A stretch of 59,219 bases of DNA, counting the filler, from Sphacelaria rigidula (taxonomy: Eukaryota): NCBI GenBank assembly GCA_964200075.2. It is 8 parts of 8 records of this genome, joined end to end, with 100 filler letters (N's around TTAATTAATTAA, not from the genome) between each part and the next. Parts side by side here need not be neighbours in the genome. Positions count along the whole stretch, not along the records: positions 7,416 to 14,730 come from CAXNAA020015480.1; positions 14,831 to 22,145 come from CAXNAA020015481.1; positions 22,246 to 29,560 come from CAXNAA020015482.1; 5 more parts are not named here. One strand, given 5' to 3'. This document shows, piece by piece, positions 11,831-24,374 of this stretch (position 1 is the stretch's first letter; each line of letters opens with the position of its first letter). Under the pieces are notes generated by a model. It had not been told where the DNA came from and did not search any database. It saw nothing but the letters and a program-made list of their open reading frames with translations. A program made the translations under genes and the position numbers.

Positions 11831-12829
11831 AAAGTGTCTTTTCCTATCCCGTTCAGAATCGCGACCGGCAAAAAAACAGCGATGGAATTTTCGAACACAT
11901 GATTTTGAACGGATTCCATATGAGCTGGCCTTATCACAATGGACCAGTCACGAAATAGCAACGCTTGGCATCGCAGACAGAGACCCTCCTTACCGCCGCC
12001 ATGGTGTGACCATTCGCTTGGTTGTGTTACGTGAAATTCAAATGCTCGGCGCGTACAAGACGTTGCCCTGGATATAGCTCCTCAATGTTGCCAATCTCAG
12101 CTGGGAGAAGACGGTGTGAACGATTCATAGTCCACAGCGCACAAGCAGTGGTCCATTGGCGTTCCGTTAGAGGTCATGGCGTCTTGCACCACCGCCATGG
12201 GTGGTATGTTGCAAAAGCATTGCAATGCGGCATTGCCTGTTTTTTTTTTCAAGTGCTGCCGTACTGTCTGTGCGGTATCGCTGCACTTTACCGTACCGCA
12301 ATGTACTGTAGGTTTCTGCACTGCACTGCACTGCACTGTGTACTGTATATACTGCACAGTACTACGGTGCACTACAGGATACTGTAGTGCAGTGAAGTAG
12401 TGCAAGTGCAGTGAAGCGTGGCGTACGGTGCGCTACGGTACGGTGCGATACGGTACAGAGCCGCTGGGTACGGTACAACACAGACTCGCTACTTTTGAAC
12501 AGTGCTGTGCTAGCTGATGCATTTCCGAACAGGGTGCTGGTCGATCGCACATTTGGTGGGGCAACCTGCGTCTAATCACTGCGAAAAATGAAATCCACAT
12601 CAACTCACGTCACATGAGCTTCGGTTCTAATTTTGATAGCGTCGACACCGAAGTTTTGTAAGCTTCCACTCTGAAGTCCTTCCACTCTGATTCTGAAATG
12701 AATTTCGAAGTATCTCAAACCCGGGATTCCCGGTATATTTCACGGTAATTTAAAGTTCAAAATGTCGGGAACTTCAAGCTTGAGGAGAGCTTGCCCCGAT
12801 TCTTCTCCAATTTATTCATGGGTGATGTC

Positions 12830-13090
12830 ACTTGATTTGAGTGTGGACATCAATATTGGGAGCTTCGATGGGGTCGACAGTCCCGAGTGTTCTTACCGTA
12901 TCGTGCGCAGAATTCCATTTATGTCAAAATCGCAGGCGCCGGTTTGAGGTCTGCCAGCGCGTCCTCTGCGTAGGGCGCCCTTCGTACCCCCCTTGCCCGA
13001 GCGTTCTCGTTATGCCTCTGGTTAAGGGTTAGCGTGAGTTCAAAAATGTGTCAACCGTGGAAAATTTGAAGGCGAAGTGGGGTAAACCCA
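12830..13090 (+). repeat. Dispersed repeat with internal TTAGGG-like tract
   Basis: Aligns by eye with 5400-5915 (reverse) and 15170-15385. Confidence 0.55.
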
Positions 13091-13810
13091 CCTCGTTTTT
13101 TGCGGCCGAAATACGCATCAAGGTAGATTACAAGAACTAGCGTAAATAAAAAACACAAAACAGGACGTGAACAATCTCGAGCATATTTGCGGCAATGTAA
13201 ACATCAACTGTTTCAGCTGTTCGCATGCTCGAACTTCAAATGACCCTCAGCTTACGAAGAACTTCAAAAGTGACGAATCGAACCTTGGGAAGGAGGGAAG
13301 TAGGGAGAGGAAGTGTATAGATAGCACTCTTCCCTCCTGCTCGAGTATGGCTGATGATGAGTCCTGCTCGAGGCGCCTACCCCACACGGCTGCCGTGAGG
13401 CTGTCCAGCCGAGCCTCGGGGTAGTCGGCACACGCACCCGCTTGCGGGATAATTGTTGGATCAGCTTTCCTCTTTCCTTCAAGAACAAAAAAAAAGGTAC
13501 TGTACTGTGCGCGAGAGCGAAGAGTTGTCGCGTTTCAGGATGCCTTTTGGACCACGGTGCGGACGAACCAGTTTGTTTTGTCGCCGTACAGCGGTAGCTC
13601 TGGCGCCTTAAGTCGGTCTCACGGCCGCTGCAGAGACGGCGTTGCGCTTCTCGAGCTGCAGTCACTCAGCCCATTTCCGCGCGAGGACGACCAGTCACAA
13701 CAATGTGCTGATCTCAGTACATACGCCGCTATCTAGTCGGTAGTTTTGTTGATGACGACGAAAGAATGATATTGCCCAGGTCTCAAACGGGGTCTTTACC
13801 TCATACATGC

Positions 13811-14092
13811 CACGGCGCCCCGGTGTTCCCAGGATGCACCTGACACCCCTTGGATCGAGGGAAAGTGGGTTCGGTTCCCGCCAGATGCTTTGTGATTTTT
13901 TTCGAAGTATCTGATGCCCGCCGTTGAAAACGGAAGGACGCACGGGAGTAGACAAAGTGAGTCTGACTGACTTTTCGTTGCGCTACAGTTGACGCGGCGC
14001 GGGAGCGCTGATCCAATCCACGAGACCAATATGCTTGGCGTGTGGGAGGTTGATCCCTCGAGACCACGGACTCGTCCCAAGGAGGGGGATGA
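13811..14092 (+). mobile_element. tRNA-derived SINE (family B variant)
   Basis: GCGCCCCGGTG head with GGTTCGGTTCCC B-box; tail GATCCCTCGAGACCACGGACTCGTCCC..GGGGATG shared with 35581 and 37319. Confidence 0.65.
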
Positions 14093-14730
14093 ACTGAAGG
14101 TGTGACGAAAAAAAGGCAATAATGACCCTGTTCAGGTAAAATCGACGTTCTGCACATTGGAGAACACTCCAAACCACGCACCACTGCGCATGATTCACAC
14201 GTGGTAGCTAACCATAACTTGAAATTTTTATACCAGTGACCTGTCCATACGATGATACTCGGAAGTTAGCCCGGCATCGTCGGCGACATTGCGCGCCGCA
14301 AGCCGTTGGCGCAGCTTCTTTGTGGTGTGCTTTTGTATGTATTCCAACATTTGCATCCATGGTTGTTCGAGAATTTGTTCCATCAGCCCTCGGAAACATG
14401 GCACCTGTCGTCGCTATTGAGTTCGTGTGTGATCATACCAATATTTGCACCGCGACTCTCACTGTGAAGGCTCCTTCAGGAAAGATCCGCAAAAATTGAC
14501 GAGTAATCCATAGTTACGCTCCTGTCCTCGGAAACAAACTGAAGAAAAACAAGCCAAAAAGGGGCAGATGTCCCGGTAGTGGAGAACATGCGCTTGTACA
14601 TGATGACAAAAATCTCGAGCTAATGTACCTGACCGGTACAGGATATTGGTGCGATTTTAACCGTGTCCCCTCCCCCCCCCCCCCCCCAGGAGGGGAGGAG
14701 GGGAACGCGAAGTTGGCGGAGAGGGTAGAA

Positions 14731-14830
14731 NNNNNNNNNNNNNNNNNNNNNNNNNNNNNNNNNNNNNNNNNNNNTTAATTAATTAANNNNNNNNNNNNNN
14801 NNNNNNNNNNNNNNNNNNNNNNNNNNNNNN
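14731..14830. other. Artificial contig spacer
   Basis: N44-TTAATTAATTAA-N44. Confidence 0.99.
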
Positions 14831-15759
14831 AAAAATTTGTCAATCCCCCCCCCACCCCCCACCCCCCCCAGCGCGATATTCCCCTGTTCCCGGCCCAAAA
14901 GGAAATGCGCCTGCTGAGTCGACAAGGTTATCTGCAGATTAGAAACGCCAACTGCCGATACAAACGTTTTCGCAGCGGACAGACGGCACGTACTTCGCGC
15001 ACCCCAAACTTTCAACTATGATTCTGTCTCCTACACGCCCGAGACGCTGGAAACGACTGAAGCCTATTTGTGATTGTGTTGAAAAATAAATCCTCAGACA
15101 GATCTGTCTGTTTTTTCTTCGCTGTTTCGAGCAGTGAAACTTCATGCATTTGTCGTACAACTAGTTGGTCCACTTGATTCTGGTGAACGGTGATATTTCG
15201 ATCTTCGGAGAGGCTGACGGTGCAAAGTGCTCCTAGCTTGCCCAGAACACGCTTTTTGCCCACATCGGCGGCGGCACCGATTTGAGATCTGCCATGGCAC
15301 TCTTGCCTAGAGCACCCTCTAAGCCCTCCTTGCCCGAGGGTTCTCGTATTCCTCGGGCTGGGGTTAGCGTTACCGTTACCGTTCATTCAAAAGGGTAAAT
15401 TTCCGAGAACACTCTGTCGACTGTTTCCATGACAAATGCGTAAGCACGACCGGTTTCGCGGGGATACTCTGTATCTCGGGTCGGAGATGCTCCGCGGCAA
15501 CAGAAATCAGCAGGCCAGACGGTTCCCAAGGGCGGGCTCAGGCGGACACATAGAGCAGGCATCATGGGGCTCTGTTAAACCTGAAGCACTGCTTGAGCGG
15601 TTGTTGCTGCATCAAAAATGCACTGCTTCGCTCACTCCAAACACGCATATCAACGATTATGTCGAGTTTAGTGCAAGTGCTGGTCTGCAGTTTGCTTTGG
15701 CATAACCAAGCAGACTGAACAATCGGTTGCGTACGTATTGCTTGCTCCCCCATGTACAC

Positions 15760-16050
15760 CAGTGTAGTAGTCGAGCGGAGGAGGAAAAAGATGCACAGAA
15801 TTGTCCCCGTGGCGAAGCAGTAGAGAGTATAGTGGCAGAATGTGAAGTATACGAGGAGGAACGGGACGTGTTAGAGGGGGGGATGCGGGAAGTAAACGAG
15901 GGTGGCATGAAATCGTTTGAGGATTAATTAGATGGTAGGGAGAAAACGATGGCCATGCTAGGAGATAGATGGTGGCCACAGAGGGTAAAACAGAACGGGG
16001 ATAAGATGTGTACGAGGTTTTCATGTAATGTTTGGAAGAAGCGTAATAGA
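15760..16050 (+). mobile_element. LINE ORF2 C-terminal fragment (decayed CCHC knuckle)
   Basis: Translation NCPRGEAVESIVAECEVYEEER...LGDRWWPQ...CNVWKKRN resembles the LINE C-terminal CxxC..E..H..C..Y..R region; contains a stop. Confidence 0.6.
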
Positions 16051-16710
16051 CACTTCCAACAGACAGACGGATATACAAGACGGTCACAGACAGGGGCAGA
16101 CAGGCAGGCAGACAGACAAACATACAGACAGATAGACAGAGAGGCAGAGCACGAACGCACCAAGTGTCGAGAAATTGACAAACATACATATTGGGTCGAT
16201 GAAACGAGGATAATATTTTACCGTTACGAGTACCAGACCTTCACTTATTTTTTTCATCACACTGTCACTCACCTCCCCTTCCTCTCATGACACGGTATAT
16301 GGACAGCACACGGTCAAGGGTTGGAAGCGTGAGGGAGGGGAAAAAGAAAAATGAAAACCAACGGCCGATTAGACCATCTGCTGTTTTTGTTTTTGTCTTC
16401 TTTTTTTTTCTGGTTGTGCATGTGTAAGAAAACGCATTCTGTGATGCTGATGCTGATGGCCATTTCAGAACAGTTTTTTGATACTTGAAAAAAAATAGAG
16501 TAATTCGTGCTGTGCACAGCACGATGCTACTGGACTATCTATCATATGTAGTACACAAAAAACACAAAACAACAGGAAGTTCGCCTGCATCCACAGGCCA
16601 CATGTAACCTAAACATCTGCTGGCGTAGCCGTGGCCGCTTGCTAGTCCCTGTGTATAGAAGATCACGAGCATGATTTTGTAAACGTGCATTTTTATGCTC
16701 CGTGTTTCAG

Positions 16711-16818
16711 GCGGCGGCCATCATCTCGGGACCTGGGCTAACCTCCCGCGTCCACTTATCGCTGTCATGCAAGGGGCTGGCTAACGTGGACAGGGGCAGC
16801 CTGTCCGATCCATTCGTG
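16711..16818 (+). CDS. Exon of C2-domain protein, copine-like (AAAIISGPGLTSRVHLSLSCKGLANVDRGSLSDPFV)
   Basis: TTTCAG acceptor, GTGAGT donor, 108 bp in phase 0; matches the copine C2A pattern V.LS.SC..L...D..S.SDPF. Confidence 0.85.
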
Positions 16819-17169
16819 GTGAGTGAGCTCTGATTGATGATTTGATTTGAGTGTCGCACTTTAAGTGACCCCCCAGGGGTCCAGGCGTGGTCTCATGAGA
16901 CTTTACAACCGACTTTTACAATCAAATTGCCATGAGCGACATTTTTTTTCTTCTTTCTTCGTTGCAATTTTGTTCCTTTGCTTCGGTGACCCCCCCTCCC
17001 CCGCCGGGGGGGGGGGGTACTAATGGCAAGCGAGATCATGAGTACACCCCCGTCCATTCCCGCTAGGAGGAGATGAGGGAACTAGATGGATATGACATTT
17101 TTTTTTCTTGGCACATTGTTGATTGCGTTTGTTCTTGTAATTAGCCCGGAGTCTAAAGAAAAACGATGG

Positions 17170-17278
17170 AGGACTCTCTGTCTTGTAAGGAATAGCAGGG
17201 ACAGTATTGGAAAGACGAGCCTACGTCTGTGACCACGGGTTCGAGAGATCGGACTAATGTGCGGAAATAATAATGATA
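17170..17278 (+). mobile_element. Retroposon 3' tail with (AAT)n end
   Basis: Copy of 6083-6195. Confidence 0.65.
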
Positions 17279-19299
17279 CTACCTACTCCATTTCATCCTT
17301 TACCCCCCTTCTCCGTCTTGAGTAAGTACCCCCCCTCCCCCCTTTTCGTCTTCTCCCTTTGTTGAGTGCCCTTCCGCGGGTGTTTCCGTTTTTTTACCTT
17401 GGGCGTGTCTGTCTTTGGATAACAATCATTCCGTTTTTTTTCACTTTCCGTGTGTTATCTTCTGAATAAGAGCCACGGCTGAATCTCTCGGGGATCCGTT
17501 GATGTCCGTCAATCAAATCAAAATCGATCAAAATCCGCCGCGCCCCGGCGGTTACATTGGTACACCAGCAGCCAGTTTGGGCGTATGTTGCGGATTTGAA
17601 ACCCGGCAGACATGATCGTGAAAAAGGGTGAGGATTTGATAAAGCGCACATGAACATATGACACTATACTCGATGCTAAAAGGTATCAGCAGCTGCAGGG
17701 ACAGGGGTGGGCTATTTCCTCGAGACGAGTCCGCTGTCTCGAGGAAGAAGTACGTGCGTCAGACACTTTCTGCGATAGCCCCCCTCCCAAACTTTAGCCT
17801 GGTCCGGCGAGAACCCGGCGTGCTCCGTCCCGGCTTTGTAGGGGCGGACCCCTGATGTGGTTGACGTTGGTTGGCGATGACGCTATCAAACACGCAACTT
17901 ACTGCGGAAGCTAGATAACCAGGTTACCGTTTTTTTTGCGCACTTGCGTTTTTTTTCACGGTAACCATGATGGTAGTCGAGGGGGGGCAGCCGTAGCAAC
18001 GACGGTGGGGGGCCAGGAGGGGATGGCGGCGGTGGAGCGAATGGAGCAGATTGCCGTTCCAGCCAAGACGTGGGTGGTGTAGGTCTCCTCATATTCCGGA
18101 GCGGCGGCGGCGGACACCGCGACGATAAGGGCTCCGCTAGTAGTACGTGCGGGGGCGGCGCTGCGGTTTCGAGCGCACAAAAAATGCTCAAGTTATCGCG
18201 TTTTTTCATCAGAGATAAGTGGCGCATCTTCTGTGGATTCTTCTTCGCCTTCCGCCAGAGATACGGACGACAGCACCGATCACGGCACTACCCGCACTCC
18301 CTCTCATTCGGAACCCGCGGAAGCCACGCTGGAGATCGACAACGACGACGGCGGAGAAAGCCCCATCGTACGCTTGTCCGCCGGCGCGTCGGACTCTCTA
18401 CATCCCGCGTAGCCTCCCAGATGATGAGTATATGGTTCAATGTGTAGAAATCAGAACTCCGGTCCTCGAACGTGCAATACCGTTGAGCCAAAATGAGAGG
18501 GTGAAGTTAGAAAATATTTCTTGGGTATGGCTGTGGCCGTGATTTGAGCAACCGTGAAATAATGGATACACCTGATTCCGGAAACCAAAACCATGTCATG
18601 CGTGGGATGTAAGTAGGTCTCCGCAACTGAGTGATCCTTCGTTTAATGAGAGCACCTCTGGTCACGAGCTGCCGTGGATCTAACTCGTCGGTGCTCTCCG
18701 TCGGCATCCGTAAAATGCCCTACAGTGTCAGCGCGAAGATCCGGGCTGTTATAGGGGACGGACACTAATGCGAAGGTCTGTCATACGATAATCCCGAACA
18801 CAGAAGTCGAGGCGTGAAAGGCGGTTGTTTCGAGCCTACGAGAGGAAGGTAACGACGAAGATGGCCCGGCGGGCCACCAACGTCCGCTCGCCCGCAACGT
18901 TGACGTCAACGACCGCAACCGAAGGATGGGTACGGCTTCGCCACGGCGTACGTTTTCGCCCGGCACTGTGCAATCTTGCACCGTTTCTTGCAGGTTGCCT
19001 GGCAATCCCGGTACTACTGCAGTTCTAGGCAGGGGCTGACCTGTCACCTCTGTTCTTATTACATTTTCACAGCGTTGCTGTTGAGATATTATTGTGCTGT
19101 ATCATATTGGGGTGGAGCTTGAAGTTCTGAGCACGCCCGCATGACACCAAGAAACAGTTGACGTCTTTGTACAGTCGTATGATCCGTGCCTTGGCTCAAA
19201 GGTGATGAAAGTTTTGTGAAAAATAGGCTCGATTCTGTGTTAGGGAAGAATCGATGTTTTGTGCAGAAGCGGGAAAATTTTTCCCAGATGTTTATAGTG

Positions 19300-20940
19300 G
19301 TTGCAGTATCTAGAAGTCATTTCAGAACACATTGGCATGCAAGGTTGCCTGTGTGATGAACCAAGTGAGTCAGTTCAGTGTGGGAGAGGCAGTAAGGTAC
19401 AAGGGCAAGTGTATCCACGATGAAGTGGCAATAATGGTGTCTGGGTTGAAGTCGAGGTTTATGAGATCCGGGAGACGGGTGTGGTGCGACCATCAGTTGG
19501 TGACAGCATCGCGCATCGATGTTGTCTGAGACTTTTACAAGCGGCGTCACCAAGTCACCAAATCAGGACGGCATCACCGAATCAGGAAATCAGCCCCCCG
19601 GGGCGCGCGGACAGGGCACACACAAGGTTAGGAGGAGAGAGTCGACACATCCCCAAGTCTACTCTCCTATAAGGATCCTGCATCTACGTTCATGGAGTTG
19701 ATACACGGGGATAGTTCTGCGTCAGTTCCAGGCGTTGACAGCTCTTTGCCAGCAAGGCGGATCGTGTCGAGGTGAACGAAGGTTACAGCAGTGGGCCTTT
19801 GATACCTCGGACAATCGCGTTGGATAAGCAGGTTGTTGAATTGAACGACGTTTGGACAACGTGGACAGCCACGTCGATCGGACCGAGACTAAACTGGACG
19901 ATACCAATGCAGGTGTAGAAATCTTGGCGATGCAGTGATGTAGCTCGCGAACAACACGGCGGTTTGTCTGGTGAAGAACGTGTTGAATCGAGGAGTGTTG
20001 AACCGGCTGGCCTCCCGGCGCTGGCTCTATTACACTAGCGGCTACAACAGGTCGCATGTATCTGATGATGTGGCACCGACGTAGCTACGTCGTCCGGCCG
20101 TGGTGCCGTCAGGCAGGCCGGCTGCACGATGAGAGTAGCCTGGCGCGCTAGCCGGGCGCCAACCCGGAACGACGAATTTGCAGGTCCAGGACGACAGGGC
20201 GAATCTGCAGATGCCTGGTTCTATGGCTCACCTATATTCTCGTATGATGGATGTACGTGTCGATGGTGGTTTCGGCGTTGCCGGGTTGTTCAAAAAGGTA
20301 TGGAAAGACAATTGCGTACCCTGACTGTGGAATACCGGCTGTCCCGCACCTCACCAGGCTACCTTGTTGCGTATGTATGACGGTGATGTTGGGATGATTG
20401 TCAACCGTATAGGCAAGGACTTATTTGGGTCTCAGGTGGATGTGCAAAGCACCCGTCCATAGTTCCGCGACTGGAAGAGGTTTCCTCGAATTTGTCTGTA
20501 GGTGTGTGTGTCACAACGGGGGATACCCATTGATGTCATGGCACGTGAGAATTTGGCCCATGCATTAGGGTGTGTGGGACATATGATGGCGTGTGCGCCT
20601 GAATGAGGCATTCGCGCTGGCGTTTGACGTGAGGCGGGTCTTGGATATTACAAATTTCCGTGTCTCCACATTGGGGGTTGTAGTGCACCATATATTTCGT
20701 ATCATTTCTGATCGCACCTTTTCCCTGCTTCATCGCCGCACACGAGTGTTGACGCGGACCCCGAATTTCTACAGGCACTACCTTGTGAGATAGGCGGGTA
20801 TTGTACCAAGTCCTGCTACTTATTGTGTCCTTGCGGTGAAATTTGGCCCCTCAGCGCGCACTGTGACTAATATACTGTACTCGATGTCAAAGTGGCGTTT
20901 TCGCCAGGTGCTGTGGACTCGGTACGCGCCGCGTATTTCG
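19300..20940 (-). pseudogene. Heavily decayed retroelement-like coding remnant (possibly LINE post-RT/RNase H region)
   Basis: Long protein-like frame with scattered stops; weak motifs AGLG, QGS..SGYAIVFP, QTNRRVVREL, SKAH, RLPDLI. Confidence 0.3.
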
Positions 20941-21170
20941 GCTGTGCCTTCGGGGATATGGCTGTAGCTACCTGTGTTTGGAATTCGAGTGGCGCAGCTG
21001 TTTCAGTCTCCTCTGTGGCTGTGGCTACCTGTGTTTAGAATTCGGATGGCGCAGCTGTTCAAGTCTCCTCTCTTGTTCTGTCCTACCTTTCCTGTTCCCC
21101 CTATTTTCTTCAGCAAGTGTTTCAGTTGTCTTGTCTCTGGTACATCTATCATATAACCGCCGTTGGATCC

Positions 21171-21312
21171 TTGGGGGGCCGGTTAATTTGCGGCTATCAA
21201 ATCAAATCGAATCAAATATTGGGGGGTCGGTTCATTTGCGGCAATCAAATCAAATCAAATCAATTCTTGGGGGGTCGTTTCATTTGCGGCAATCGAACCA
21301 AATCAAATCAAG
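21171..21312. repeat. Tandem repeat, 48-bp unit x3
   Basis: TTGGGGGG.CG.TT.ATTTGCGGC.ATC(AAATC)n starting at 21171, 21219 and 21267. Confidence 0.9.
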
Positions 21313-22145
21313 TGGCAGCAGTTTCGGACTTCACGGCTTGATGACGGCTGCCTTCGAATATTCGCACACCAACATCCTCTTCTTTTTTCCGCGCATGCGG
21401 TGACAGACATCGACCGCCGTGCAGCTCAGTCTGTCAAGACAGCACGACGGCGACAGGGGCGCATTGCTACTCTGTCCGTGAACGGTAAGGCAGTTCCGGG
21501 AGGGTGGCGGCAGGGTTGGTCATCCCTCTTGCATGTGCATCTATGTTGATGACGGTATACTGGTGTAAGTGTTTTTCCCAGACGGCGAATGATGTTTGGG
21601 GCGAGGCTCTTATTTTATGGTCATGTTCGTTTTCTGAGCGAGCCTTGTTTGATGCAAAAAGTAAAATGTCGGCCTTGGATACAATACACGATTGGAAGTA
21701 CTTGGTTTGGCGATTGATGCTGACTCACTCGCTATTTCGCATTCAGAGGCAAACAGCAACAAATTGCAAAGGCATGATTGCAGTGGCCTCGAGAACCCAA
21801 GGGTGTATCAGAGAGAGACATTCCGTCGTTGACTGGTTTTCTACTGCACGTCTCGTTTATTCCACGTCCGGGAAAGCCCTTTGTTCACCGCATGCTCGCA
21901 TCGGCTGGGGTGCGCCGTCCCTCCCCGTCCAGTGTTGTGACAGGACGGGGGATGATTTTCAAAGAGGGCGGCGACGGGGTGCGCCGCCCCTCCCCTCCCG
22001 TGTTGTGTTGGGGGATTGTTTCAAAGAGGACGGCGACGAAGTCGCGAGTGATGATATTGGGCCCGAAATTTCATGATGATTTAGACGTGCGGCGTTGGCT
22101 GGTTGACGATGGATTGTCGCTGTATAGAGCAGCATCATCGTAATC

Positions 22146-22245
22146 NNNNNNNNNNNNNNNNNNNNNNNNNNNNNNNNNNNNNNNNNNNNTTAATTAATTA
22201 ANNNNNNNNNNNNNNNNNNNNNNNNNNNNNNNNNNNNNNNNNNNN
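22146..22245. other. Artificial contig spacer
   Basis: N44-TTAATTAATTAA-N44. Confidence 0.99.
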
Positions 22246-22318
22246 CGCATCGGGAATCGACCCCCGTTCTCCCCATCCTAATGGCGACAGTCGGACCATT
22301 ACACCACCGGGGCGCGGC
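22246..22318 (-). mobile_element. tRNA-derived SINE head (family B), cut by contig start
   Basis: Reverse strand GCCGCGCCCCGGTGGTGTAATGGTCC...GGGTCGATTCCC, as at 35790-35855. Confidence 0.7.
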
Positions 22319-22979
22319 GACTACATTGAGCCACAGTGATTTGGGAGAACTGGGGTATCATCGGCTCCATTTGCCGATCTCGGCGGCGTCGTCGAAGCTT
22401 CTTGATTACTTTTCTTTTTCCGGGAGAGCACCAGAAGTCATTGCCTTTGTATATCCATTACACTGCTACCTTCAAATTTTGGCGTCCTAGCTAGCAGAAA
22501 CCGAACAAGAAATTCGTTCTTGACATCAAATTGGGCGACTTGGAATTTGTGGCCGATGTTTAAGCAAGCAAAATGTTCCCAGTATCTTGAACAAAAATAA
22601 CCCTCCCATTATTCTTCGGTGCAATATTTCTGCCAAGCGTCCTCGTCAAATAGTCATCGTTGAAACAATCAGCGAGCGTTCAAAGTCTATCGCCTCTGGC
22701 CAGGTTCGTACCGAAAAACTTTTGTACTGTACTGTACTGTACTGTACTGTACTGAACTGTCCTATTGGTACTGAGCTCTTTCGTGTACTGGGCCGCCTCG
22801 CCTACGGCAGCTTCAAGGGACTGGAATGGTGAACGTCGAGACATAGTTGTGGGGTGCGAGGGGAGTGCCATACACGATCCGCACTTCATAGTACGCAAAG
22901 TCCATGCTCTGATGCGTGAAAAAAACGGCGTCCTCCACTTCGCTCGTGGAACTTGTTTGAAAGCCTCAAGTTATGCGAA

Positions 22980-23390
22980 TGACATCCCAGAGTATGCGGC
23001 ACACCTTCATACACACGCGGCCATTCCGGTACCCCCAGAAATACTCTGTTCCAGCCAACTTTTCGAGCCTCCAGAGGAATTAAACGCCTACAGAGGGTGC
23101 GCGGACCCCTAGAGGGGTGGGAGTGAACGCCTACAGAGGCTGGCTTTTTCTCTGGAGGGTCGCGCATCCCTCTGGAGGAATTTGGAGGATGCGCGCTCCA
23201 CCAGAGCACCATCTTTGTTGTTACTCTCGAGGGATTCAGATCTCAGAAGTCACTTGAGCATCAGATGCCCTCCAGAGGATTCGTTTTATGACCGGAACCG
23301 AGTATGATATATCCTCTAGAGGGTATTTTATCGTCCGGAGGGTCACCTTACCCTCCAGAGGATGGAAATCGCGATGAAGGGTTTTTAAGG
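22980..23390. repeat. Repeat family built from palindromic CCTCCAGAGG/CCTCTAGAGG/CCTCCGGAGG units
   Basis: Many short palindromic units; related arrays at 54905-55140 and 58870-59100. Confidence 0.6.
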
Positions 23391-23497
23391 AGGTAGCAGA
23401 ATGACCGTGTGTATACTTGTATGATTGAAGAGATCCTACTCGTGTTACGTATTGCTCTGCTTGATCGTGCATTATTTTCCCCCGAGGTTCAAGGGTT

Positions 23498-23538
23498 AAC
23501 CCTAACCCTAATCCTAATCCTAATCCTAACCCTAACCT
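23498..23538 (-). repeat. Interstitial telomere-like (CCCTAA/TCCTAA)n tract
   Basis: AAGGGTTAACCCTAACCCTAATCCTAATCCTAATCCTAACCCTAACC. Confidence 0.8.
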
Positions 23539-24374
23539 TATGCCAAGTAGTGGAACAAGCCGATAACCTCATCAATAGTGACTTTAGCGACAAAAATACT
23601 TGAGAACACATATCTGCTACCCTGCATCCAAAACCCCAGAATCGAGACAGGGTTCGAATGTTATGTACTGGTGGGGCTTGGGTAATGATCCTATTGTGTC
23701 GAGTAGTCGAAGGAGCCATGAGAGGTCGCCTGGCATCTCTTGCTACTCTACATAAACTCGAAGGCGGTACCACTGGGAAGATCAGCGGTACTGAACACAA
23801 GTTGAAACATGTTTGGAACGCTGCAGCCGGGCTCAGCGGCCGGAGGAAACCTGTCCTGTGTGCAGTAGTGTTAGCGCCGATGTGGATGACCGTAGATCCC
23901 GAAATGCTTCATGGATTCTCGCTGAAACAAGCCTTTTGTGCGCACAGCTGAGTAGGGGTGGGGCTCAGAAAGAGGTGTTGCGTATACGCCAAGCTCTGTG
24001 CATATCCTTTGGCTTCACGGACACAATGGGGGACTAATAATGCTCTGTGCTAATTTGTTCTTTCATGTCATTTCATCCCCGCAAATGGATGTAACCTCCT
24101 AGATTGCTATGACCACCATTTGATACACCCCCGAAAGCTCAGCAAGTGCGTACCGATGACTGCTAGAAGCAGACAATTCCAGTAACGGAAGACTTGATCA
24201 AGGGATAATCGTGGCTTGATAGCTATTGAGTTTATTCGCCTCCGCGCTTTGTTGTACACTTCTTTGTTGTGCATAACTTTTTATGCACAAACTGTCGTAC
24301 ACGCCAACAGACTCGTCATCACAAACACCTTCTTCAGCACACGCAAAGGGGGACCTTTGCACACATGCAACGGT

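Noticed and set aside
21460..22145. DIRS or Helitron coding fragment
   Set aside because: Looks like decayed coding sequence, but I could find no diagnostic motif.
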